Shown piece by piece: positions 1 to 11,553 of a stretch of DNA of 64,000 nt; the first letter of the stretch is position 1; the number at the start of each line of letters is the position of its first letter. The notes below the pieces were generated by a model that saw nothing but the letters and a program-made list of their open reading frames with translations, did no database searches and had not been told where the DNA came from. Origin of the DNA: Microthyrium microscopicum (lineage: Eukaryota). The position numbers were made by a program, and so were the translations under genes. The stretch lies in contig MU004231.1 of the NCBI GenBank assembly GCA_010405405.1, forward strand, positions 1,743,784 through 1,807,783. Reading direction: 5' to 3'.

Positions 1-1808
1 TAATGTCGTACATGGTGAGGCATGCATCAATTGGATTGGCTTTGAAATGATAGAAGTCTTCGTGAGGGCCGACTTTATCGCAGTGCCGCCATTGAGCAGC
101 AATTGGATCGTTGATGTAGAGGTTCAAACTGTTGAGAAAAGCTCGACAATGATCTTCGTGGCCTTTTGACCAACTCGGATTGGAACGAACTGAGGAGAAC
201 TTGAAATAAGCACCGATATTTTTTTTCGCTCTCAAGACGGTCATTCGTAGATCGTTGTAGGGACTGTGTGGGCATCCTGCGATAGTGCTGCGTATGTCTA
301 GAAAAACCTGGGCGTTGAAGGCATGCCATATTGAGACTTTTTGTGTTCTCAGCATGTCACGCATACTGAGTTCAATTTCACTCTTGTTCTGTATCCCAGA
401 AGAGTAATCGCAAAACATCCCGAATTTCGATTCCTGAAGTACGTCGAAAAGCACCATCCAAGAAAACTCCCACTTGTCTCTTGCAGATCGGGCCTGGTAT
501 TCGATGCTTGAGGTTGCAACTGTTGCTTTACGTGCCTCATCGAAGTCATATAGTATTGCATCTTGACGATTGTCGAGCTCAAGTAGACACCTATTGAGAA
601 GCATGGTGGTATGCCTAAACGTCCTCTCGGCTATACTGAGAACTTGGTAGTTAAACCAGTCTCCGGCTTGCTCTGGTTTGTAAGCGTCGTATCCATCATA
701 CAAAGAGATCGCTGTAAAGAGGATATGCGAAAGGTTATCCCAGCTTCTAAAGCAACGATAGTTGGCTGCGATCAATTCTCGCATAAAAGTTCGTCCTAGT
801 ACCTGAGTTTAGTTAGTAAGAAATCTCCAAAACACAATACGATTATTGTCAAGGTCAGTTGGAATACAACTCAACCAATTTGGCAAAGACTCCAACGTTG
901 ATTGGAGAATGATCCGAGACAAAGAGAACTTACCAATGCTGCATTTGTAGTGACGCCTGCAGTGATGGCATCAATACTACCATCGACATATCCTAGCCAG
1001 GTTTCTTTCACAAATCCTCGGAGATTGTTCAAGTCGTATAACAGACACCAAACCTGGAGGAGGTCTTCAGTAGCTTCGTCCTCACCGAGACTTGCGCTGA
1101 ACTCTGGAGGATTCTTCCCGGTACTAGTGTTATGAGATTTCTTCTGGCTGACTGGGATGCTTGCATGGACGTTTTCGCGCTGATCCTGTTCATTGTGATC
1201 TCCGTGCTCAACCGACAGGGCTTCAAAACGGTTGACCATTGAAGGCACTTTGTGATTCTTGACGGAGAGGTCGGGCTTGCCCTGATATATCTGATTCCTG
1301 AAGGAATCTTGGAGCATGCTCGTGTTTATACTGGAAGGCTTGAGATGCTCGAGTGTGTTCTATAAAGTTCATCAGTCAATGAAAAGTGTGCGATATATAG
1401 GACTTAAAGAAGCGGGATACGATAACAAAAATAAATTAATGGCATAGGGAAGACAGATTCAGAAGGGATATTTACCTTTAGAACAATTATAAAGTGATCA
1501 TGCCCGTTGTTTGATGTTATGTCGTCAGAATGGGCTCGAAAAGCATTTGCGCATTGCTCTCGAAGGGATATAGCTCGTTTTACGGCAGCCTCGATTGATG
1601 TTGGGAGCGGGATATTTGCCTTAGCAATTGCTTGCGCAAGAATGGGATACTGGCTAATTGGAAGGATGTGAGGTGGAGTTAATTGGTTTCCAACCGGAAT
1701 GCTGAGAGTTGTGCCGCAACTCGCGGCGGTTTCAACTAACCAGGTAGTAAAATGGTTGGTATCAGCCTTGTAACGACAGTAGCTCCCAGTAAGATCTTCT
1801 GGAAGCAT
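1..1808 (-). CDS. DUF6604-domain protein, paralog 1; 3' end runs off the window start. Exons 1808-1476, 1359-934, 802-<1
   Basis: N-terminus MLPEDLTGSYCRYKADTNHFTTWL fits DUF6604. Introns GTAAAT..TAG (1475-1360) and GTAAGT..CTAAC..CAG (933-803) join in frame. Exon 3, missed by the ORF track, reads ...KSEIELSMRDMLRTQKVSIWHAFNAQVFLDIR..., aligning with paralog 2 KSQIEENLVDMLDTHNVNTLHAFNAQVLLDVR. Confidence 0.8.
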
Positions 1809-1849
1809 GATGCCTTGCAGGGCAGGATACCGAGTTAGTGGAAAGCGTG

Positions 1850-1898
1850 ATTGGAGTTTGTTATGGAGTTTGATATTGAGTTTGATATGAAGTTTAAT
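1850..1898. repeat. Degenerate 12-bp tandem repeat, 4 copies (ATKGAGTTTGAT-like), just upstream of DUF6604 paralog 1
   Basis: attggagtttgttatggagtttgatattgagtttgatatgaagtttaat read directly. Confidence 0.6.
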
Positions 1899-2030
1899 GT
1901 AGGTTTTTGGGAGGAGTCTGGTGCCAAATGACTGGACTGGGTAAGAGGTGGATATTCGGTGGGAAGTAGGTCTTTGGGGGAAACATGTTGTAGTCGGGCA
2001 AATATGTAGGAAGCAACCTTAAGATTGACC

Positions 2031-2120
2031 AGTGAAGATTGCAAGGCTGAGAATCAACCAATCAAATGTGCAGCCTTATGGCTGAAGCGTGGTGACAAGG
2101 GCACGCCACGGAAGATAAGC
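2031..2120 (-). promoter_or_regulatory. Upstream block shared by both DUF6604 paralogs, copy 1 (contains CCAAT)
   Basis: agtgaagattgcaaggctgagaatcaaccaatcaaatgtgcagccttatggctgaagcgtggtgac aligns with 5299-5390. Confidence 0.65.
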
Positions 2121-2707
2121 GCCATCAACTCCGGATCTCTCTTCAAGCTTCTTCTACTCATCTTCGAACTCGTTGACATTAATCGGTTCTTCAATCTAAT
2201 ACTCCTTATTATTAGAGATACGAAGAAGTTTTTCCTGATTACGAGTTGAGACAGTTTGTCAAAAGCTCTTTAGAAGGTCACTGCCGTCTCATTGTCATCA
2301 GCTGGAGTTGCAGTTCTAAGAGATTCATCAGCTCTTTTGTTAGTAAATGTGACTTCCAAAAAACAGGCGTCAAGGCGCAACTAATAGACCCAAAGCTTGT
2401 TCGGCCCGATGGTATTCAGATAATGCGATAGACTGCTCAGTTAAAAAGTGTTATGTTTTCCAACACGCGCAACAACTCTCAGGATGATTGTGAAATACAA
2501 CGAGAAGTAGTGTATATGGTATAAATGAGTAATCATGGCCGGCTCGATACTTCACATGAGATAATATAAACGATCGGAAAGGTCGCACTTGAAACAGGTC
2601 AGGATTATTCGATAAAGTCGCTGACTGAATAAAAAAACGGAGTACTATTCCAAAGATAGCTGGGACGGGGACAGCAATTACTTCTTGATTGCTCTCAATT
2701 TCTATAC

Positions 2708-5194
2708 CTAGGCGGTTTTGAAATTATCCAGCTTCATCTTTTTGCTGAACGTACGCAATTCATTGCAGGCAATACTCCCATTGCGTTTCGCGTAGTCCGC
2801 CATCAAGCTTGCGACCTTTTCTAGGAAATATGGCTGACGACCATCCTCGAGTGTCTCCACCACCTTATTCAGAATGTGCCGCGAAATAGTGAGCACGGCG
2901 TATTCCCCTGTGAGATTGCTGGGCAGGCCAGCATTGATCAGGCGGTCCTCCATGTGACGATGGAGCTGTTCCGAGAATTCAAAGCTTCGAATGCTTAGGC
3001 CGATGTAGTTGAAGATCACCTTTGGCTCTTCGCATGCCATTGCGTTTTGTAGGAGAGTCAGGCTCTCGATAGAGTCATTGCATTGTATGATCTTCTTTAC
3101 CGTTCCAAGCGAGTATGGAGTCCCACACCCAGTTTGGAATGCATTCATGAAGGATATCGCAAGCGGCGTCGTACAATGGACCTGGCGTTGCCCGTTTTTC
3201 GAACGTAATCGAACGCCAGATCGGGCCTTGTTCTTCATATAAACTAGGGACAAGCCAAAGAATAGCCGCAGCTTTTTATAACTGTCTTGAACATTACTTG
3301 GCCGTCCACCGATGAAAATGGAATTTTCGTCATGCAATTTCAGAAATTGATCAAGGTCTGGCCAGTCTGGAGTGTGTGGCATGTTCATTGTTTTGAGAAT
3401 CGAGTAGAGGTAGATTGTAGGAATGACGGTTATCCATCTATTGAGAACTAAGATCCCAACTTTCTGCATTGTGCAGCTAAGATGGTACGCGGCGAGCCCT
3501 GCAGCAATGGGATTGACTTGATAGTGGAATGAAAGTTTCTGACCAAAGCCTGGTTGTGGAAACCACATTTTTGCGTCGTCGATATATTGCTGTGTCTCAC
3601 GGTGACAGACTTGTGCCCAGTCCTCCTCTGTTTTTGTCCAATAAGGACTTGACTTCTTGGAGGTGAATTCGAATAATTTGGTGAGATTCTTCTTCGACAT
3701 GAGCGCAGCTAAGCGCCAATCGTTAAATGGGTTATGTCGCTCTCCTGATAAGATAGTGCGCACATCAAGCAAGACCTGTGCGTTGAACGCGTGCAAGGTG
3801 TTGACATTATGGGTATCCAACATATCAACCAGGTTCTCTTCGATCTGGCTTTTCACCGGTGGGAAAACCTTGAACATATTCGCAAGTCTAAGTCCGTGGA
3901 CGACATCGTGAAGCAATTCCTGGTCTTCACGATATCTTTCTGGAGAAGCATCTTGTTTGCATGGCTTGGTCGAGCGAAGTTCGACCGCATCTCGAACCTC
4001 GAAGGTGGGGATTTTTCGAGAAGTCTTCGGAAAATCACAAAGAAGTTGTCTCAGCATCCCATTTGTGGAGAAAAACGTCCATGTCGCAACGTCATAAACA
4101 TTTTCGCTGAAAGAAGGAAATGGTTTGGTATCATCCCAAGGTTCCTGGCCTCGTTGTTTGGATATTAGCCCAAAGAAAAGCTTTGAGACAGACTTGCCGT
4201 TTGAAAATAAGGGATGACCGACGGCGTCAAAGGCATTGATGAGTTCGCGCCCTTCAGCAAGGGCTGAATTCGAAGTAACGCCAGCAGTCATACTATCTAT
4301 GCTTCCTGAGGCATACGCACACCAAGTATCCGCGATGAATTGGCGCAATTTATTGAGCTCCACAAGGAGACCAAAGCCTGCAAACAACTGATCAAGGAAC
4401 ATTCTCGAATTGGGGGTAGCATCGGACTTTTCAGCAGACTGTGGCTTGGATATGGTCGCCTGGACGCCTTGGACGGTCGGTTTGGTTGTCTTTGCGGTGC
4501 ATTCGGTCTCAACCGCTTTGGAGTCGTCTTTTTTTATGCTTATTGCGGCAAAACGGTTAGAAAGCGAGTTGTCGTTCACGACAGGCTTAGCCGAAGCCCC
4601 TTGGCTGGCTCTAATGTTCTGAGATCGCCTATTGGCATTATCGGAGACCTTGGTGGATTTGAGACATTCAAGCGCATTCTAAACAGTGTTAGCTCAATTC
4701 AATGCTGAAAGTAGACTTAATCAAGTCAACTTTCTGTCTGATCAAAGCGTTCAAACCAGCATATCTTAACGACGAGATGACAAAGTCATCCCCTGTGAAA
4801 TTTGCTACTGCCTGTAACACTTTTTGAATTCAACGGAGAAGGAGAAGGAGAATGAGAAACACACCTGTAGGACGGTAATGAAATGATCGTGACCCTCGAT
4901 CGAAGCGAGGTCTGGACAGTTGTTTCGGAATTCGGCGGCGCACTTTTCTCGTAGGACGATTGCTCTGCTTACTGAAGCTCCGATCGACAGCGGCAGTTGT
5001 ACTTTTGCTCCGGCAATCACCTGCGCAAGCTGAAGATACTCAACACAGCTGAGATCGTAAGTTTGGGTTGATCCATATTCCGCGCTGTTTTCAATCAACA
5101 TTCCACAACTTGCTGCCGTCTCAAGCAACCAAGATGTGAAGATATCAGTGTCAGCCTTGTACTGGCAATAATTTTTGTAGAGCGAATCTGTCAT
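2708..5194 (-). CDS. DUF6604-domain protein, paralog 2. Exons 5194-4865, 4678-2708
   Basis: MTDSLYKNYCQYKADTDIFTSWLLETAASCG...GHDHFITVLQ. Intron GTGTGT..CTAAC..TAG (4864-4679) joins NALECLK... in frame with the 623-aa ORF. Confidence 0.85.
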
Positions 5195-5298
5195 TTTGGC
5201 TCGAGAGTCCTCCGCTGAAATTGTGTTTGTTGTTGGGGTGCGCAGTTTGGAGCAAGCTATACTCGAGAGGAACAAAACATATGGGGCGGTGATGGAGA

Positions 5299-5390
5299 AG
5301 TGAAGACTAAGGCTGAGCGTTCACCAATCAGTCGCGTAGCCTTATGGCTGGAAGGTGGCGACATGAGCATGCGGTGCTAAGATAGACGCG
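5299..5390 (-). promoter_or_regulatory. Upstream block shared by both DUF6604 paralogs, copy 2
   Basis: agtgaagactaaggctgagcgttcaccaatcagtcgcgtagccttatggctggaaggtggcgac aligns with 2031-2120. Confidence 0.65.
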
Positions 5391-5621
5391 ATTGAGGTTG
5401 CGTCTTCAGCGTGCAAGTCTGCTACTTGTAACTCCATGGCACCTCGCCAATGCTAGTCATTTCTCTTCACCTCATGCGGCAATATGCCGCTAATAGGGCT
5501 TTGCAACATATTACGTCGAATGCAGTTACAATGAGGTGCAGTCTTTCGAGCTGACCATGATGTCTTTGCCTTCTATTAGTCACTGAGACATGATGTAGGG
5601 GAAGAGATAAATACTATTGCA

Positions 5622-5682
5622 GGTAAGCGGTCAACCAAATAAATGGAACGCTCCCATCAGAGCTTTGACTTCCATCTGCTAC
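5622..5682 (-). repeat. Dispersed short hairpin repeat, copy A
   Basis: Reverse complement gtagcagatggaagtcaaagctctgatgggagcgttccatttatttggttgacc aligns with copy E (36013-36079). Confidence 0.65.
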
Positions 5683-5748
5683 CTTAGTACGCTTTGTTGT
5701 TGACTCCATAGCAGAGCCAAATCCTTGTCAACCAGAGCGGGCGTATTC

Positions 5749-6890
5749 CTAGTCTTCAAGCTTATACACGATCTTTATACCACTGACCTTCCCATTCTTC
5801 AGATCATCCAATCCCCCAAAGATACCATCCAATCCCCCGTCTCTAACCTCACTCCGATGCGGTCGAATCTTCTTCTCCGCCACCAACTTCTCTGCGACCT
5901 GAACAAATTTCTTGGTAAACTCAAAGTCCTGCGGCTTAGCCTCAATCTTTCTCGGACCCATCCTAAACTCCTCGCCTACAACAGTGTATCCGAGGATATA
6001 CTTGTGCTCTACATCAGAGCGAGGGAAGTCTTTGACCGGTAGAATCGAGCCATATTGCGGCTTGTTACCATCTGGTTGCTTCTGATCTGACAACGCATCG
6101 CAGCAGATCTGGGGCGAGTTCTTCTCCGATATAGTATCCCAGGCATAGTACAGTGAGTTGTTGGTGAGTTTCTTGATGTCGGCGGCACAGGTGGGTGAGT
6201 TGTAGTCGAATACATGGTCTGCGCCGAACGACTTCAAAAGATCGAAGTTTCGTGGTGAGCACGTTGCTATGACTTCGAGACCAGATCTAGGAAAGGTTAG
6301 CCATGAACCATGGATACAGCAAGGATTATATCTACAGCTTGGCCATCTGTATGCCCATCACACCAGTCGCAGAGCTGCCACCATAGATCAAGATAGGGAA
6401 TTTCTCTTTCGCTGGCTCATTCGGCCATGGTAATTCCAAACTTTGGTACAATCCCAATCCACAGGTGACGATTCCTACTCCCAAAGGCGCTGCTTCCTTG
6501 AATTTCAGATCATCGGGAATCTTCATGAGCAAGTCACCCTTGGCGGTCACGTACTCGCCAAACGCTCCATCTTCTGGGTGAACAACATTGCCCCCGTGGA
6601 CGAATCCGAAGACTCGATCTCCTTTCTTCCATGGCTTTGTTACCGCGGAGCCAACTTCTTCGATCACGCCGGCAAAGTCACAACCGATGGTGCAAACAGT
6701 GTCGACGAAGTTGATGTGCTTCCAGTCCGTGGGATTGAGGGCTATCAATTAGCCAGGGACTCTTCACTCTCAAGAGCTGCTTACCAACTGCTTTGGTCCG
6801 GACGGTAACATAGTCAGGACGTAGTGTAGGAGTTGGGACATCGTCCTTGATGGCGGACTTTCCTCCTGTAAGAGCTTTAAGAACACGCAT
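5749..6890 (-). CDS. MDR-family enoyl reductase (ToxD/LovC-like). Exons 6890-6785, 6741-6336, 6286-5749
   Basis: Motifs AVALNPTDWKH, GCDFAG, GAFGEY, ILIYGGSSATG, FGADHVFDY, GKVSGIKIVY. Two short GT-AG introns restore the frame. Confidence 0.9.
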
Positions 6891-8392
6891 TGTTCAATGT
6901 TTTGATTGCCTCCTGCTTTCCAGCTTCGTTAAAGTGAAATAAGTTCAAGCACGAAAACTATTCTCCTGAGGGTATGTTTGTAAGCTCTTTTGACATCATC
7001 AAATTAATGAAGTCATGAGAACTTAAACCCGGGTTCCCCGCCAGAAATCTTCCCATAACCCCACAATAACGATCCCGAATCCCATGCTTTTAGTAATCAA
7101 TAATATGAAATATCCAGACAGAACTCTTAGCGTGATCGACATTTCACGCGAACGCCTTGTGCCTGGTGGTCAGGGAGGTAAGCTCGCCGGAGTCATCTCC
7201 GTCCAAAGCTGCCCTCTGAGGTTTGAGCATGAAGACCAACAGCTCTACAGTGCTCAGATCGCGAATCAATCTCGCAAAACACCAAGAAGGAAGAGGCACA
7301 CTTCCCAACCACCAAAACCTCAGCTGCCATGACGCGTCCAGCGCCCTTTGAAATCTGCCTCAACACTGAATGCCCCACGACGCTCTCGAACCTTGCCGCA
7401 GGGCGTGCCAGCTTCAATGCTTCTCGGCAGATGATCAGTTACGGCGTCCACGGATACAGCACACCAGGATCATTCCCGAAAAGCTCCTCATGCAGAGCAC
7501 ACCCAACCCATCCGCTACGTAGAGAAAATGATGCGGCTCAAGCGGCTGCATCGGAAACCAGCTCAAATCCTTCGGCGGTGTGGCAGAGCAAGCGGTGTGG
7601 CAGTGCACACTAGCCTCCTCCTATTCAGTCCACCCACTGAACGGCCAAGGGAGTGCATCATGCAGGTTGAGTTTGACAGGAGAGTTTGCATATCGACAAT
7701 ATGGCATCCATTGGCTATGAGTGGTCATTGAATGCGGTAGAAAGCGGGGAGATTATCGTAAGATGACGGAGAGCTTCAAGGTGAAAACCTTTGATGCTTT
7801 TTCGACCGGCCTCTTTTGGGGACCTTCCTAATTGAGCTGCGAGTAGGCAATAGTTCGCATCTCAAAACACGGAGATGTTGGGCAGCACAGAGTTGGGTTC
7901 AGAATTTGCCGAAAACAGTTCGCGGAGAAGAGAGTACCAGAAAGTGTGAAGTATAGTGTATATTTTCTTGGTGAGAATTACTCTACCACCGAAGTTTTCC
8001 GCATCTAGTAGGCCGCCCATGCCCGATCTATATAGTGAATACAAAAGCCTTAATCCAGTGCCATCTAATATAAACTATGCTAACCATAAACATAACCGTT
8101 TCTTTATATCGTGGGAGTATCTTTTTTAGTAATGCACCTATGCCAACCCAACCATTCAGATGCAATCCTTTCTAACACCAGGCATATATATATTGAATAT
8201 GCTCGCAAGACCTATAGAAACATGCAAAATGGAAAGGGTATCGTTTATCGTCACTACATCTACATCAACATCAAGATATGTTGGTTAGGAAACGTTCCCC
8301 AGGTAGTGGCCGGGTGTCTCGGGGACTTCTGAAGATATCGTATGGCCGTGGATACAGAAAGTCCAGAAGATGGCAACTTGTGAGATGATGGT

Positions 8393-10250
8393 TCATGAGG
8401 AACGGTTTGTGGACGCGGCAGGAGTAGCGCCAGCGTGATCGTCTCGAACATGTCTATTCACTAGGACCTTATTAGCAAGGATATTATGTAATTAAAAGAA
8501 TACCAGGAACATACTGTTGTCTTTGCGCGTAAAAGACTTGATGCAGTAGGCGCAGTTGAAGTTCTTATGCCCGGAATGCGTCGTCAAATGGCGTCGCAAG
8601 TCTTTCGGGTACAAGAAAGTTTTATCACACTCGGTGCAGCGGTGAGACCGATCATGAGAAACGCCAGCTTCTGATGGAGCTCTAGACCGAGCTGCTCCGC
8701 GACGCCGACCTGGGCCGGAAACATGACTGTGTCCAGATATGCTGGGTGTTCGTCTCCTGTTGACTCTACCGGCAGGAATTGGATGTGGAGCATGGAGCAT
8801 GGAACGATTAATGATTCCAGTTGGGTTTGATGGTTGTCCAGGGGCAGAGACTGGGCGTGGTTGTGCCAAAAGGGCCTCTTTGTAGGAAGGTTGTCTGGAA
8901 TTTTCATATGGAATAATGGCAGCCCAACGATGAGGGAATCCAGTGTCTTCACCCGATTCATCATAATACAACCAAAGGGTTGACACAGACTGGGGCGATA
9001 GTGAGGTGTGGATGGTAGAAATGTACGTGCCAGGATCCGAGGCTTTTGACACAACACCGAGCTGGAAACAAAGACCATTGCGGAGACAATAACTCTGTAG
9101 GACGTGGTCAAGCTCGTTCGCCGTCACTGTGACGTTGTTCTGGGTCTTATTGCGGACACGGTGAGACTGTAACTCGTGATCGAGCTGCTGGGTCGTGGGA
9201 GCAACTTTATCGGCGCTAAGATTGACGCTAAGATTGAAGCTCAAAGTCTTTTGCAAAGCCTTGATAGCTCCTCCAAGGAGGTCGTTGTCACCAGTGCCAT
9301 GGATACGATATCCATCTGTATTGATAGATTGGACAAGGTGGTTTGCTTCTTCGAATCGTTCTGTTTGGTATTCTAGACGAAGACCTGGTCGGTCTCGTCC
9401 GGTGAAGTCGTTGACTGACAAAGGCAATCTCATATCCAGTTCCTCGTCAAACATGGAAGGCGTCGCTGAATCAGGTGTGAGCTCAACTTGGAAGCCGGGT
9501 GGCATGGATTCGTCGGTGTTGTCGCCAACATGGTGCATACTCCACGGCCCATCGAAAGCCTGGGTTTGAACAGCATTATATCCCGAAGGCCCTGGGAGTG
9601 CCGGTCCTATTATGGTTGGTGTTCGGAGTAGAGGAGTCTTCGAAAAGCTGTCGAGAGGGGTTGGTTGGATATGTTCAAAGTGGACGCCAAATGTGCTAGT
9701 TTGTGCATATTCAGACCCAACACCATATGTGTCGATCTGCATATTTTCGAAGGCATCCTTGAAAGTGGACTGACCGCTGTGATATCCTGTACCATATGCA
9801 GTGGACTGAGCGTTCTCGTGTCCTTCAGCAAATGAAGCCGAGAATGCCTGTTGTACGTTGCCGCCATATGAAGCAATCTGTGTCGGTGATGGACTGCCTC
9901 CAAATGAAGATGGTTGACCATACTCGGATTGAGGGGCATCAAGGGTTTGCGAATATGGTCTTGAGTGGACTGAATTGAGGGGCTATACGTTTTAGCTGTG
10001 ATAAATACGTAATAAGGTACGAGACAGGTACATACCGAAGTTGGCGATACTAAGAAGCTTGAACACTTAGGACAAGCTCCTTGACCACACGTGCACTCAG
10101 GTTGAGGAAGGTGGAAATGCTCTTCGACAGGGGTGTGATCAAGGGATAGAAAGGCTGGATTGACAAATCCAGAACGGAATTGCTAAGAACAAGTGAGTAA
10201 AATGGTGTTGGGTGAAGCGACGGTAGGGAGAGTCATACCTCGTGCTCCAT
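8393..10250 (-). CDS. C2H2 zinc-finger transcription factor with two C-terminal fingers, 4 exons
   Basis: CTECDKTFLYPKDLRRHLTTH; the second finger CAYCIKSFTRKDN|MNRHVRDDH is completed across a GTATGT..TAG intron. Upstream exons MEHE|QFRSG...SPTS|PLNS splice in frame; the start is less certain. Confidence 0.8.
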
Positions 10251-11553
10251 GGCTCATACTAGGCAGGTCGTTGTACCGTGAAGTGGGGGCAAAGAGGAAG
10301 TGGTATAGGTGATTCTAGAAAGGAAAATGGCAAAGAGTATATAGGATTACGAAATATTGGAATAAGATAGAGTGTTGGAAGAATAAGAAAGAGGATTCGA
10401 GAAGGAAGGAGAAGAAGAAAGTCAATGGAGGACAAGTTGAGAGTTGAGAGAGATGGATGGTGACAGGCATCGTAGGCAGCAAAGCGCATCAAGTGGACTT
10501 AAGCTCTTCAAAGAGTGAGAGCACTGCCCGCCCTTTGCTTCAGCGCCCAAGTGCTCAACCTTCAAGTTCTCAAGTGCTGGAAGAACGGGCGCGCGCAGCA
10601 GTTCTCGAGGCCGGTCAGTTGCTGACATTGCCTGCTTGCCTGCTGCCGCCGATGCCCATAATTGGCTAGCAGAGGGGCTTGTCACCGACACAATCCATTG
10701 TCCGCCGTGCGCAGTTCCTGGTCATCGGCAACGGAACGCGCATTACGACAGTGGCATTGGGATATTGAGCCGCGGGAAAGCATAGCTCAGATGGATAATG
10801 AAGGATATTAGCATTGAGATGAAGTTGGAGGACGAGGGTTGATGATGGGCGACCAGGCGTTGGGTTCCTTGATCCGTTTGTGGTCCTGTCCCGCAAGGCC
10901 CGTTCGGGAAGCGGAAGACGGCGATCCACATTAAATGAAGCTGGCATCCCTACGGTAGTGCTGCTGCCAAACTGTTTCCTTCCCAGAATCCCAGCCAAAC
11001 ATCTTCACCAAACTCGTCTGTAAGCTTTTTTTGTTTGGTCTTGTTCCTGAGCTCGAAGCTTGTGACGTGCATCCCATCCTGCTGCCTTCCATTTGCTCGA
11101 GGTCATACTGTATGATGAGCTGCAGAGTTTGAGTTGCATGCTGACACAGTTACACGCTCCCGCTCATTAGATCAATGATTGCTCAAACATGGCATTCAAC
11201 ACTCAAGAACTATCATCTTTTTTTCTTGATACTATCAAGCTCTCATCTCATCTCTTGCTTTCCATGTGCTCCTCCTGCTTGGTGGCCTAGAGAGTAGCAT
11301 GCCACATCCCTCACTTCACCACTCACCCACTCAACTTGCTCTAGAGCACCGTAGGCAGCTGCAAGCCATGTCCTCAAACAAGCAAATCAGCATCAAGCAT
11401 GCCTTGCTCTAACTACTAAATTGGCGGTCAACTCTTGAGCCAAGGAATTAGAGCTCTATTTGAACTTTCAGAATGCCTCCATCTTTCTATTGTACTAGGT
11501 AGCTGAAAAGCTCTTCCCCTATCGATTCAATTCCTCTCGTGTGATTGCGCATC

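Noticed and set aside
5749..10250. Enoyl reductase plus TF as a secondary metabolite cluster
   Set aside because: No PKS, NRPS or other backbone enzyme in the window.
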